Positions 27,340 through 40,620 of a DNA stretch of 64,000 nucleotides are shown in pieces. Made by a program: the position numbers and the translations under genes. The stretch covers positions 66,143,819-66,207,818 of the forward strand of contig NC_068990.1 in NCBI RefSeq assembly GCF_001194135.2, in the 5' to 3' direction. The notes below the pieces were generated by a model. That model was not told the origin of the DNA. It ran no database searches and saw only the letters and a program-made list of their open reading frames with translations. Every line of letters begins with the position of its first letter. The stretch's first letter is position 1. The DNA comes from Octopus bimaculoides (taxonomy: Eukaryota).

Positions 27340-28010
27340 GATACATAATGACGAAGCTTTCTCCCCTTCTCGTTCTTTCTTCTGTTGTTCTTCGCCTCTC
27401 CCCTTCGCTACTATATCTCTCTCTCCCTCCCTGTCTCTCGTTGCTCACCTATATTTAACTGCCTCCCCTATTTCTCTCTCTACCACTCTTTCTCCTTACC
27501 CCTCGCTGGTCACATGTGACCACCTACTGCTTTCTTTCTTCTCCTGGCCACTGCCAAGCTAGCACGAACTTTCTTCTTCTCTCTTCCTTTCAGTTCGTCA
27601 CATCACAGCGTTCAGTATACATATATTTTTTCACGTCTGGCCTTACAACCCTTCTTGTTTATTTGCACTGTTTCGTTTTCCTGTCGTGTTTTCTGTTCAC
27701 CACTATATTCCTCCGCATTACAAATTTCATTAAATTGTTTCCGCGGGAAGAGCCATTCTAATAATGCGCCCTGCCCTAACTCTTCGAAACGCTTAGTTTA
27801 GTATGGTGGCAGCTGATGGAGGAAATGTTCTCTACATGGCCTGTATGTTTTGTGTACTCTCTTCATGTTCTGTTTTGTCATTTTGTCCACATTTTTTGTG
27901 ACGTCCTGTACCCAGATATGCATCTATATAAAAACGTAGATGTAGGTATGTACATATATGTACGTATACATGCATATACTCACATATTAATTGTATTAAT
28001 ACATATATAT
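27340..28010 (+). mobile_element. Penelope-like terminal repeat, family 2
   Basis: 27590-28000 is homologous to the reverse complement of 46225-46660; ends at (TA)n; contains GAAAC and CTGATG(G/A). Penelope assignment is by analogy only. Confidence 0.45.
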
Positions 28011-28015
28011 ATATA

Positions 28016-28135
28016 TCTGTAAAAATATCTGACACTTATTCACACTGAAGAGATGTTGGCGTCGGCTCCAACCCTGGCATCCAAAACTCGGAGTTTTATC
28101 ATGGCTACTGAATAAGTGTCACATATTTTTACAGA
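28016..28135. mobile_element. 120 bp MITE with 27 bp TIRs and TA target duplication
   Basis: TA|TCTGTAAAAATATCTGACACTTATTCA ... TGAATAAGTGTCACATATTTTTACAGA|TA, one mismatch between arms. Confidence 0.75.
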
Positions 28136-28199
28136 TAAATTCCTCTATTTGCATAATATCGATGTCTCTTTCTTTCTTTTGTGTTGTCCTTCCTGTCAA

Positions 28200-28232
<33 letters not shown>

Positions 28233-28734
28233 NNNNNNNNNNNNNNNNNNNNNNNNNNNNNNNNNNNNNNNNNNNNNNNNNNNNNNNNNNNNNNNNNNNN
28301 NNNNNNNNNNNNNNNNNNNNNNNNNNNNNNNNNNNNNNNNNNNNNNNNNNNNNNNNNNNNNNNNNNNNNNNNNNNNNNNNNNNNNNNNNNNNNNNNNNNN
28401 NNNNNNNNNNNNNNNNNNNNNNNNNNNNNNNNNNNNNNNNNNNNNNNNNNNNNNNNNNNNNNNNNNNNNNNNNNNNNNNNNNNNNNNNNNNNNNNNNNNN
28501 NNNNNNNNNNNNNNNNNNNNNNNNNNNNNNNNNNNNNNNNNNNNNNNNNNNNNNNNNNNNNNNNNNNNNNNNNNNNNNNNNNNNNNNNNNNNNNNNNNNN
28601 NNNNNNNNNNNNNNNNNNNNNNNNNNNNNNNNNNNNNNNNNNNNNNNNNNNNNNNNNNNNNNNNNNNNNNNNNNNNNNNNNNNNNNNNNNNNNNNNNNNN
28701 NNNNNNNNNNNNNNNNNNNNNNNNNNNNNNNNNN

Positions 28735-29903
28735 ATAAGACGTTGGACAAAATAATGGAAACACCTAGAATCATAGCATCATAATTTTGAAATATGTATA
28801 AAACCATCAAAAGCTTGGTTATTTTTATGCTTTTTGATTTATTATTAGTGTTGCTTTTCTTTTCAGATATCATCAGAGAAAGTTAATTAAAATTCATTAA
28901 AATGACAGATCTATCGGACTTTCAAAGAGGTCAAATTGTTGGTGCTCGTATAGCAGGCGCTAACGTAATGAAATCAGCCGAAATGTTTGGTGTATCAAGG
29001 AGTATGCCTGGCAAGTAATGACAGCCTTTGAGAAAGAGGGAAAAACCTCCCCGTCGAAGCAAAACTCCGGAAGAAAGCCAAAATTTTCAGATAGGGACCG
29101 TCGGACTCTTACACGAATTGTTAGAAAGGATCACAAAAATACAGATCCCAAAATTACTACAGAGCTTAATGACCACCTCAAGAACCCAGTTTCCGTAAAA
29201 ACTGTTCGACGAGAGCTGCACAAAGCTAGATTTGACGGGAGGGCTGCAATGAGAAAACAACTACTTTCAAAACAAGTGTTGAAAAGCGTTTAGAGTGGAG
29301 TATAAACATACAGAATTGGTCCCTAAAGCAGTGGAAGAATGTTATCTTCACGGACGAATCATCCTTTACCTTATTTCCGACCACCGGCCAAGTATAGGTG
29401 TGGAGACAGCTAAAAGAAGCATTTGACCCAGGCTGCCTTTTTCCAACTGTTAAACATGGAGGAGCATCTGTGATGATCTTGGGAGCTATATCTTGGAAAT
29501 CCGCCGGCCCAGTGGTTTCCCTTCATGGCAGAATTAATAGTCCCAAGACGATTTAACCATGGTTGCGGAACTGTTTCCAGAGGGGAACGCAATCTTTCAT
29601 ACACCAATTCACACAGCTAAAGTTTTTACTGAATAGCACGAGGAACATTCTAGTGAAGTTGAACATCTTATCTGGCCACCACAGTCCCCAAATCTCAATA
29701 TTATTGAATATTTATGGTGCAGTTTAAAAAAACATGTAAGGATTCGATATCATCCACGATCATCACTACAAGAAGTGGAGACTGTTTTAGCTGAAGAACG
29801 GAAAATATTCCTTTGGAAACTATTCAAAATTTGTACGAGTCCATACCTTGTGGAATTCAAGCTGTAATGACTGCCAAAGGCGGTCCTACCCCATATCAAA
29901 ATA
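28735..29903 (+). mobile_element. Tc1-family DNA transposon with inactivated transposase
   Basis: ATG at 28902: MTDLSDFQRGQIVGAR...SGRKPKFSDRDRR...VSVKTVRRELH...VIFTDESSF...TVKHGGASVMILG...WPPQSPNLNIIEYLW...AKGGPTPY. Frameshifts and stops; the QDDNAP segment is deleted; right TIR lies in the gap. Confidence 0.93.
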
Positions 29904-30339
29904 NNNNNNNNNNNNNNNNNNNNNNNNNNNNNNNNNNNNNNNNNNNNNNNNNNNNNNNNNNNNNNNNNNNNNNNNNNNNNNNNNNNNNNNNNNNNNNNNN
30001 NNNNNNNNNNNNNNNNNNNNNNNNNNNNNNNNNNNNNNNNNNNNNNNNNNNNNNNNNNNNNNNNNNNNNNNNNNNNNNNNNNNNNNNNNNNNNNNNNNNN
30101 NNNNNNNNNNNNNNNNNNNNNNNNNNNNNNNNNNNNNNNNNNNNNNNNNNNNNNNNNNNNNNNNNNNNNNNNNNNNNNNNNNNNNNNNNNNNNNNNNNNN
30201 NNNNNNNNNNNNNNNNNNNNNNNNNNNNNNNNNNNNNNNNNNNNNNNNNNNNNNNNNNNNNNNNNNNNNNNNNNNNNNNNNNNNNNNNNNNNNNNNNNNN
30301 NNNNNNNTATATATATATATATATATATATATATGCTTG

Positions 30340-30560
30340 TCTTTGTGTTTATCCCCGTCCCCGTCCCTCAATCACCGCTCGACAACCGATGTTGCTGTGT
30401 TTACGTCGCCGTAACTAGCGGTTCGGCAAAAGAGACCTATAGAATAAGTACTAGACTTAAAAAATAAGTCTTTGGGTAGATTTATACGACAATAAAACAG
30501 GTTAAGGCGGTGCTCCAACATGGCCGCAGTTAAATGACTGAAACAAATAAAAGAATTAAA
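30340..30560 (+). mobile_element. SINE 3' half (same family as 12055)
   Basis: cgacaaccgatgttgctgtgtttacgtc...gcggttcggcaaaagagacc...ggcggtgctccaacatggccgcag. Confidence 0.75.
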
Positions 30561-30569
30561 GAATATATT

Positions 30570-30808
30570 TATACATACATACATACATACAATCATACAT
30601 ACATACATACATACATACATACATACATACATACACACATACATACACACATACATACATACATACATACATTTATACATACATACATACATACATGCAT
30701 ACGTACATACGTACATACATACATACGTACATACATACATACATACACACATACATTCATACATACATACATAAATACATACATACATACATACATTCAT
30801 ACATACAT
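30570..30808. repeat. (TACA)n microsatellite
   Basis: Direct reading. Confidence 0.95.
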
Positions 30809-30904
30809 AATGGTTCATACTCGACTTAATACATTATAACAAACACACTTTTAATAACAATCACGCAATCTTTAACGTCGCATGCTTTTTTTATACATAC
30901 TTAC

Positions 30905-30976
30905 TGGAAAATCTGTTGTCTTGAGAAAAGAAAAATATAGCGATGCCACAGCTAAGTCGTGCACTACAGATACAGT
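30905..30976 (-). other. Candidate internal exon (72 nt)
   Basis: Acceptor tttactgttcctgttacAG, donor cca|GTAAGT; phase-0 frame open (TVSVVHDLAVASLYFSFLKTTDFP). Confidence 0.35.
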
Positions 30977-31115
30977 CTGTAACAGGAACAGTAAATATAT
31001 GCAAGTTTTACGTCTACTTCAAAATATGACGTTGCTTTTGCTATATATATATTCCAGCGATATGATTTCTTCCCTTCCCTTCAAGAAAATTTCAAATACT
31101 TTAAAATTGAAGAAA

Positions 31116-31151
<36 letters not shown>

Positions 31152-31534
31152 GCACGCACGTGCACACACACACACACGCACACACACACCACGCGCGCGC
31201 ACGCACACACACATGAACACACACATATATATACGTATGCGTTTGAGCAATAAATTTACATTGAGTGTGCTTCATAACTTCAGGCGTCTCCCTGTTCCAG
31301 AAATTAGCTGTGACAGTATATATAATTATATAAATAAGCCGATGTTACTGTTAACGGAGCTTAAAATTTATCACTTATTATTAATGCATCAACGCATCGA
31401 ACCATTCTTCAAATTATTCCTAACTCCCTTTTCTCTTCGTTCCTTCATTGCTGTTTTCCCAGTCTGTCTATCCATTGTTAATTCATTGCACTATGAGCGA
31501 CTGTAGTTAAGCCGCGTTAAAAGCATTAACTCAC

Positions 31535-31598
31535 CGCTAATTTTCTGTGCTTGTTCAACGCTCCTGGATTCCTTTTCTCTTCACCATCATCTATGCAA
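31535..31598 (-). other. Candidate exon (64 nt)
   Basis: Acceptor gataacacAG, donor gcg|GTGAGT; one open frame (CIDDGEEKRNPGALNKHRKLA). Confidence 0.25.
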
Positions 31599-31657
31599 CT
31601 GTGTTATCATGAAAGTGGGATTCACAACACAGCTAGGGAAAAGTTAGAAATGATTAC

Positions 31658-31755
31658 CTGTTTTATAAAGAGATACTTTGATTCCTTATGGCACTGCAGC
31701 TGAAGGTTAAGCTGCGGCTGCAGTGGGTAAATCGCACGGTTGAGAGAACTGGAAC
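31658..31755 (-). other. Candidate exon (98 nt)
   Basis: Acceptor gtatgtctttAG, donor cag|GTAATC; phase-1 frame open (SSSLNRAIYPLQPQLNLQLQCHKESKYLFIKQ). Confidence 0.3.
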
Positions 31756-31900
31756 CTAAAGACATACAATATGCATGTACATAATTAAAAACATATATGA
31801 TATACATGAATAGTTAATTTGTGATAAGTGTTATGAAATTTTATATATACATGCATGTGCATGTATGTGTGTATGTATGTGTGTGAGTGTGTATGGACAT

Positions 31901-31959
<59 letters not shown>

Positions 31960-32757
31960 GAGCTCAAACTAATTCACTGGCTTGTTTTCATACATCTTTC
32001 TTCGAGTTTTGTTTTTCTTTATATTTCAACTATATATAAATATGAATATATATATATATATAAAAATGAACTTTAAGTTAGTTAAGATACGTTTGTCACT
32101 TATTTTAACTTCTTAACTTCTAAAGTATAACTCACACCAGTTACCATGAAGAACAATTCTCTCTTGTGGTGAAAGGTGTAAAAACATTATATCTGCTTAG
32201 CATTTACCCCCTATCGGATTCCATGGCGCGCGTTTCTGCCCAGGGTTATTTCTCTTCCGGTGACCAAGAAAATACCACCTAAGATTGCGCCTGGGAAAGC
32301 AGTGTGTATGAAGGTATCTCTTCGCCTAAAGTTCGTTTATTCGTAATCAAAGCGTAGCGCTGCTGCTGCTATATGAGTACATATATACATATAAATAAAT
32401 ACATACATACATATATATATGCATACATATATATATATATATACATACATATATATATATATAGCGTGCTTTCAATCTACGAAATTCAATTACCCAGTAT
32501 GCGGTATAGTGGGATTGAAACCGAAATCAAAGCGAGCTTCTTAACTACACAGTTAATCCTGGTCTTGAGTATAGGTTAAGTGAAAGCACACAAACCAAAC
32601 ATATGGAGTATTAAATAGAAAAACAAAACCCTAATCATATAAAGAACAATAGGTCATTAAACAATTAAACAAAACACAGCAATCTATGTATAAAAGGTAA
32701 TAGCAATATAACAGTTAAAATATGTTACAAAAACAACAGGATAAATATCTAACTTAC

Positions 32758-32813
32758 GTTTGGTCTCAAACGTACGAATCACTGAACGTATTTCAGGCAA
32801 TCGATGTTGATAT
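32758..32813 (-). other. Candidate exon (56 nt)
   Basis: Acceptor tttattttcttaatgtttacaatgcaattcAG, donor aac|GTAAGT; one open frame (YQHRLPEIRSVIRTFETK). Confidence 0.3.
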
Positions 32814-32986
32814 CTGAATTGCATTGTAAACATTAAGAAAATAAACCTTAGGAAAGAAAATCTTACGTCGAACAAATGTATGACACTTTTTCCTCAGTTG
32901 ACCAAGCATTTACGCAAAGGTAACATTAAGGTGTATGGAGCAAATCTCGATATAAGTCAATCAGTTGATATGAACTACCATTTCCT

Positions 32987-33055
<69 letters not shown>

Positions 33056-33889
33056 ATGTGTGTGTGTGTGTATAATTTTGAACAAGACTAATAAATAGAA
33101 ACGAAAGAAGTGAACACACGTTCATTTTAAATCTCTCCTTCTCTCTGTTTCTGTCTGTCTATCTGACTATCAATCGATCGATTTCTATATATATATTGTG
33201 TGTTATGTGTGTGTGTGTGAACGCGCGCGTGTAGGAGTATTAATGAATCAATTTATTAGTGTACTCTGCCCTCTCTGTGGAGAGGGTGCCAACGTAAAAC
33301 TCACCATTCCAGGAACATATATACAGATATACAATACGCTTGACAAAGGCAGACAGAGAAGAGAGTGAGAAGGAAAGAAAGTGACTGGGAGAAAAGAGGA
33401 GGAGAGAGAAGTACAGGGAATAAAATAAAATTAGAGTTCAGTGTTACCTTCCTAATGAAATATCATCGAAAGGTGTGTATGAGTAATAAATGTCTAGAAT
33501 TTGCCAACAACCATCCGACTCAAATAGTTATTGTACGTTATTATAAACGTAAATACACCGTGTTTCTTGATTAATTAGAGTTTCATGAAATATGAATGGA
33601 AACAATTTGTTTCGAAGACATCAAGTTGATTACAGCTTAATAACGATATGCAATGCTGGGTAATGGCGGTGGCTTGTGCGGTGATTGACATTGTGTTGGT
33701 GCAGTGAGATGAAGTGAGGTATTTTAACGAGCGAAACTTAAGCAATTACAAGGAATTGTCGAAAATATTTATGGTTGCATGATACTTTTGTGTCAACAGG
33801 TTATAATTATTATCTTTAAAGTCGAACCTTTTCACTGTAATTTATTACAAACCACGCAAAAATAATACAGTTTCCTTGAAGAAGAGAGG

Positions 33890-33895
33890 ATAATG

Positions 33896-33959
<64 letters not shown>

Positions 33960-34162
33960 TGATGATGATGATGACAATGATGATAATTATAATAATACTA
34001 CTACTAATAATAAAAATAATGATAATGTGTTGTTCGTAGGAGTGATATGAAGGAGACAGCAATCTAGGGATGTGATGGATGACGATCAACATCACTTCAG
34101 ACGTTTGTTAGCCTCTCTATTCCACTCAAATTAAATTACTATGGTACGTTATGAGCACACTA

Positions 34163-34231
<69 letters not shown>

Positions 34232-34400
34232 ATACTACTACTATATCTGCTGCTGCAACTACTGCGACTGTTACTATTGCTACTCCCACTACTATTACTA
34301 CAACACCTGGTTCTGCTACTGCTTCTGATGCTGCTGTTATTTCTACTGATCCTTTTATTTCTGCTGCTGTTGCTACTCTTTTCTTATCCTAGCATATCAT
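33890..34400. repeat. (AAT)n, (ACT)n and GCT-derived low-complexity tracts
   Basis: Direct reading; these explain the poly-T, poly-L and poly-I ORFs. Confidence 0.85.
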
Positions 34401-35029
34401 TGTTTTTGTTCTATAAGCGTTATGCCGGTTTCTACTGCTGCGCCTGGTACTTCACTCTGATCCTGAAGTGAATGCAATATTCTGTTCTTATATTTGTGGG
34501 ATTGGAGGAGTGAAGCTACTTTTAGGTACACTAACCTAGTTTGTTTTGTTGTAATCTGCAATTTTTATTTTTTCGCATTTTCTACGACAGCTAATGATAG
34601 TTCATAAGATGAACACAGTGTGTTTCTTTGTAGGGTTTCCTATTTGGTAGCTAGGTACATATAGAGACGTTCAGCTACATTAATATGTTTACATATATGA
34701 TTTGTCGAATCTTGTGTCGGTCATCCCAATACCTGGTGCATTTTCTTTTTAAAAATCACACTTCAGAAGTGGCTTTTTATTAATATATTGAAAGACTTGC
34801 GGATATTTTAATATATCTAGTTATGACGGGTTGCGACTTGACTGCGAATACTGTCTCTCTTTATACATTCCGACTTGATTTGTTCACTCAGAGGCCTTTT
34901 TTTTTATTATACAAGCCAATATTAGTGTTTCTCTTATGCTAACCATCGCAGTAATGTTTGTTCTAACAGAAGATCCTCGTTTAAGTGGGGATAATTATAA
35001 AGTGTTTTGCGGCAATTCTTTCGGCGTTT

Positions 35030-35990
35030 GACCATCTGAATTTAAATAGATCTACGGTCAAATTTACTTTTCATTCTTTCGTGGTCGATAAAATAAGTAC
35101 CAACTGAGCGCAATGGCTCGATCTTTCATTCTAACCCCTCTCCCAAAATTTCAGACCTTGTGCCTATACGAGAAACGGTTATTGATATTACTACATTTGT
35201 GGTGGATTCACAAACGCGCGCATGGTTTCTGGCCCTTTTATCATCACAATTCAAATTCCGTTGTGCTGAAAGACACGTTCTTACCCTTGTCTGGATTTGA
35301 ACTCAGAATGTATACGACGGGCACAAATAGCGCAAGTCCTTTTATCCGATGCTCCAACGATTCTGCCACTCCATCACACTTTATTGTTTCTAACATTGGC
35401 AGGTTCTTGAATTCTGAAGGAATGTAAATCGATTAAACTTTGACCAGTTTTGTTATCTGCCAGTGAGACGAAAGGCAGATTTTACATCTTCAGGATTTGA
35501 ACTTAGAACGTAAATGGCCGGAACAAATATCCCAGACATTTCTATACACGCACAGTTGATTTGACCAAAGAGCCACATTCAAAAGATATCAGTAATTATT
35601 TGTTCCTAATTTAAGCAAAAGACCAACGCTTTTGATGGCGAGAGTTAGGACATATCATTGACGCCGATACTTCACTTAATTTTCTCGTTACTGAAAAGAT
35701 AAAGTAGAGTTCAGCAGGGTTTCAACTCAGAATTTATCGAACCGAAAACTTCACCTCGACGAAACCAACAAGGTTGCTCTTGAACCAACAATATTATTTC
35801 AAATTATGGCATGTTTGATAGTTAAGGTTAGTTGATTAAATTGAGTCCACTACTTCATTGGTACTTTATTTTAATGACCTCGAAAGGATGAAAGTCAAAG
35901 TCGAACTCGGTGACGTTTGAATTCAGAACATCAAGAGCCGGAAGATCTGCTAGGAATGTTTTCTGATGTTCCAACCTTTCTGACCGCTTC
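35030..35990. mobile_element. Cluster of decayed SINE fragments in both orientations
   Basis: Repeated gatttgaactcagaa / aaagtcgaactcgg / ggtcgataaaataagtacc motifs near 35085, 35295, 35495, 35720 and 35900. Confidence 0.6.
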
Positions 35991-37196
35991 AGCAGCAGAA
36001 ATAATAATAGAAAACTAGGAAAGAGGTTACCCATGAAAGATGTTCATTTAGAATACCACAAACCTTACTAAATATTTGGATGCTACTGTTGCACTATTTT
36101 TATTGATTTCAGACAAGACAAGGTAACCATTATGTATAACAGTAGCAGTCGTATCACACTTAATACGAAATCATCACAGGAAGGGTAATTTACTACGGTT
36201 TTCGTCTGGAGACAATATTTCTTATGGATGTAGTGAGTTTAAAAACATGAGAGCCTAAGCTGTCCAGCAGCGGTTGAGGGAGTGCTACATACAAGATGCA
36301 CCCTTCTGCTTTCGTTGTATTTACTGATTTTTATACAACCCGGTGGCTAGTTGCAACATCGGTGATTTTTTAAATCACTGTTTGTCTATATCAGTATCGA
36401 CGGATATAGTGTTGGCATGTCATTAATAGTGACAAAACCAAAAAAGACAGAAATACGAATCTATCATTTTCATCTTTGGAAGCACTGTGTCCATGAATGA
36501 AATTATCTCCGGAAAAATACTGCAGTTAATTTGCGTTTTCATGAGGAATTCACAGATAGCTACAATTAAGTAGATTCTCAAATAAAGCAGTTATCAGAGA
36601 TTAAACAATAATTTTCGAAAATTTTCATCTCGTTTTGTCATTTGAAATATACTTCCAATCAGTTTCTCAGTCATAAATAAATATTTTTCACATAAAATTT
36701 TAAAATCTTTACCATTTATCAATTTGCGTATACGTGCGTGCGTGCGTTCGAGTATGTGTATGTGTGCATGTGTGTGTGCAGAATGTGTGTGTGTATGTGC
36801 GTATGCACTTGTGTGTATGTGTGAGTTAGTAGCTGTTTTTGTCGATTGCATAGAAAGAAAATGAAAACAGCAAGAATTGTTTGTTATTTTTAAAGTCTGT
36901 GTTTGTGTGTGTTTATGCGTGTGCTACAGTATATGTCCGTGTCAATGTATGCATATGTATAATGCGTGTGTGTATGTGTATGTATGCATTAATAAGTATG
37001 TGTTTGCATATGCGTGTGTGAGTGTGTGCGCGTGTATTTGTGTGTCAGTACGTTCGTGGTAGGGAATAAAAATTTAGCGTCTAGTATATATGAGTATGAA
37101 ACTAGTTTAAGTGCACAAAAACATCCGCTTGCATATGCATACATATATTTACATATATTTACACCCCCCACACACATACGCACACACACACATACC

Positions 37197-37258
<62 letters not shown>

Positions 37259-38322
37259 NNNNNNNNNNNNNNNNNNNNNNNNNNNNNNNNNNNNNNNNNN
37301 NNNNNNNNNNNNNNNNNNNNNNNNNNNNNNNNNNNNNNNNNNNNNNNNNNNNNNNNNNNNNNNNNNNNNNNNNNNNNNNNNNNNNNNNNNNNNNNNNNNN
37401 NNNNNNNNNNNNNNNNNNNNNNNNNNNNNNNNNNNNNNNNNNNNNNNNNNNNNNNNNNNNNNNNNNNNNNNNNNNNNNNNNNNNNNNNNNNNNNNNNNNN
37501 NNNNNNNNNNNNNNNNNNNNNNNNNNNNNNNNNNNNNNNNNNNNNNNNNNNNNNNNNNNNNNNNNNNNNNNNNNNNNNNNNNNNNNNNNNNNNNNNNNNN
37601 NNNNNNNNNNNNNNNNNNNNNNNNNNNNNNNNNNNNNNNNNNNNNNNNNNNNNNNNNNNNNNNNNNNNNNNNNNNNNNNNNNNNNNNNNNNNNNNNNNNN
37701 NNNNNNNNNNNNNNNNNNNNNNNNNNNNNNNNNNNNNNNNNNNNNNNNNNNNNNNNNNNNNNNNNNNNNNNNNNNNNNNNNNNNNNNNNNNNNNNNNNNN
37801 NNNNNNNNNNNNNNNNNNNNNNNNNNNNNNNNNNNNNNNNNNNNNNNNNNNNNNNNNNNNNNNNNNNNNNNNNNNNNNNNNNNNNNNNNNNNNNNNNNNN
37901 NNNNNNNNNNNNNNNNNNNNNNNNNNNNNNNNNNNNNNNNNNNNNNNNNNNNNNNNNNNNNNNNNNNNNNNNNNNNNNNNNNNNNNNNNNNNNNNNNNNN
38001 NNNNNNNNNNNNNNNNNNNNNNNNNNNNNNNNNNNNNNNNNNNNNNNNNNNNNNNNNNNNNNNNNNNNNNNNNNNNNNNNNNNNNNNNNNNNNNNNNNNN
38101 NNNNNNNNNNNNNNNNNNNNNNNNNNNNNNNNNNNNNNNNNNNNNNNNNNNNNNNNNNNNNNNNNNNNNNNNNNNNNNNNNNNNNNNNNNNNNNNNNNNN
38201 NNNNNNNNNNNNNNNNNNNNNNNNNNNNNNNNNNNNNNNNNNNNNNNNNNNNCACACACGCACACACACACACACACACACACGCGCGCGCACACACACA
38301 AATGTACACACACACACGCATG

Positions 38323-38364
<42 letters not shown>

Positions 38365-38371
38365 ATATATA

Positions 38372-38404
<33 letters not shown>

Positions 38405-39529
38405 GTGTATATATATTACATATGTGTGCGTGTGTGGTATGTGTACGTGTGTGTATATATGTACATATGTAGATATATATATGTGTATGTGCGTGTATGT
38501 AATCGATTCTAATTTTCTTCCCTAATGATGTACAAGTAGCACATATATTCATACGTACATAAATACTACGCACACGCGCTCACGCTCAACTGGATGTATA
38601 TGTGTGTTGTGTGTGTGTGTGTGTGTGTGCTTACACGCATATATGTAGTAATATGCAAGTATATACAACTTACGCATGCACAAAATTAAGACTATGAAAT
38701 AGCGACAATTTACACATTGCACCTTGTATGTATGTATGTATGTATGTGTATATATNNNNNNNNNNNNNNNNNNNNNNNNNNNNNNNNNNNNNNNNNNNNN
38801 NNNNNNNNNNNNNNNNNNNNNNNNNNNNNNNNNNNNNNNNNNNNNNNNNNNNNNNNNNNNNNNNNNNNNNNNNNNNNNNNNNNNNNNNNNNNNNNNNNNN
38901 NNNNNNNNNNNNNNNNNNNNNNNNNNNNNNNNNNNNNNNNNNNNNNNNNNNNNNNNNNNNNNNNNNNNNNNNNNNNNNNNNNNNNNNNNNNNNNNNNNNN
39001 NNNNNNNNNNNNNNNNNNNNNNNNNNNNNNNNNNNNNNNNNNNNNNNNNNNNNNNNNNNNNNNNNNNNNNNNNNNNNNNNNNNNNNNNNNNNNNNNNNNN
39101 NNNNNNNNNNNNNNNNNNNNNNNNNNNNNNNNNNNNNNNNNNNNNNNNNNNNNNNNNNNNNNNNNNNNNNNNNNNNNNNNNNNNNNNNNNNNNNNNNNNN
39201 NNNNNNNNNNNNNNNNNNNNNNNNNNNNNNNNNNNNNNNNNNNNNNNNNNNNNNNNNNNNNNNNNNNNNNNNNNNNNNNNNNNNNNNNNNNNNNNNNNNN
39301 NNNNNNNNNNNNTGACTTGATTCATTTGAAAAAAAACCGTTAGAGAATTGGACGCTGCCGAAGAGATATGATAAATGAGGTGGATGTGTTCGGGAAAAAT
39401 TTTCAAGGCTGTATTCCAGCATGGCCACTTTCCAATGATTGAAAGAAATAAAAGGTTAAAAGATTAAAAAAAATTACTGATTCACTATAAATAATGATTT
39501 CAAATGTTGGAATAAAGCCAGCAGCTTAT

Positions 39530-39715
39530 GAGAGGAAGGGGTAAGTTGATTAGGTCAACTTCAGTTGTCAACTCGTATTTATTCTATAAGCCCCGCTATA
39601 TGACAAGCAAAGCTGAGCTCATCAGAATTTGAACTCAAACGTAAGGGCAAGGGAAATGCTGCTAAGCATTTTGCCAGGCGTACTAACAATTCTTCCAACT
39701 CGCCGCCTGTAATCT
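39530..39715 (-). mobile_element. SINE (ggcggcgagctggcagaa family)
   Basis: gaatttgaactcaaacgtaa...gctaagcattttgccaggcgtactaacaattcttccaactcgccgcc. Confidence 0.7.
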
Positions 39716-40189
39716 TTAAATACTGAAAAGACGAAATACTCAGAATAAGATATTCAAATGAGTCCAGTATCATTTGAACACAAACCGTAAATCTTACAGA
39801 GTTTGTACCAAATACTATCAATAAGTCCAATCCACAAAGTCTCAGCAAGCACGCACTCACACAAAAAAAGTTACAAGATAGAATTCTCGAGCTGCTGCGG
39901 AGTCCATGAAGTGTAAAACGAAACTTAAAATCCTGAAAATCTATGCGTGTGTTGCATGCGTAACTGTTACATCAAACACAACATAAATTAATGAAAGATC
40001 GAACTTGGGAAGTATAGAGAGAAGAATTGAAGTTAGTGCAAGGAAGCGAATGAATTGTAAGGAAAGAATGGAGATAATATATTTCGTGATAATGCTTGTA
40101 CTGTTCTATAGCTGTACCATCATAAATTGAATGACAAGGGAGGTTCTAAGATTGGATGCCAAACACTGGAAAACTAATCATAATATAGA

Positions 40190-40620
40190 GAGTGCATCAC
40201 ATAAAGTTAGGTGTCTATTGGTTTTATATATAAAAAGAGAATTTGGAATGAGATGATTAGCACAGATAGAATTGAAATACAAATCAGCAACAATTGGATT
40301 GTGAAAGTATATCTGAATGATAATGAAAATGAACGCTGCTTGAAATATTAGATAACAGTTGAAAGAGAAGTCGTTCGTTTCCTTCCATCTATAAAGAGGT
40401 AATACGATTTGCAGTTTAAGTCAAAATAGAAATGCTATAGAAAGAAAAAATAAAACAACGCCAGTAAGTTTAATTTCGTATGAGAGTAAGCTAAGATGCA
40501 AATATGATGTCACTAAGAACGGGGAAAGAGATCGGGAAATACTTAGGGGAAGTGACAATGTAAAGTTGATGATTATGGGATATGAATGGTCAAATGAATA
40601 GCTATATGGCGGAGAATGGG
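40190..40620 (+). mobile_element. Highly decayed R4/Dong-like LINE fragment
   Basis: LVLYIKREFGMR*LAQIELKYKSATIGL resembles RLY.PR..GGRGL.Q.EL.YKT.TIGL. Confidence 0.45.

Noticed and set aside
34141-34471. Mucin-like Thr-rich ORF (similar tracts at 50380-50720 and 62240-62620)
   Set aside because: Derived from (ACT/AAC/GCT)n decay, with stops and frame changes and no consistent splice context.
36989-39428. Long ORFs of 200-500 aa spanning X runs (also at 28116, 29813, 45026, 55546, 59695, 62744)
   Set aside because: They are open only because N-gaps and dinucleotide repeats contain no stop codons.
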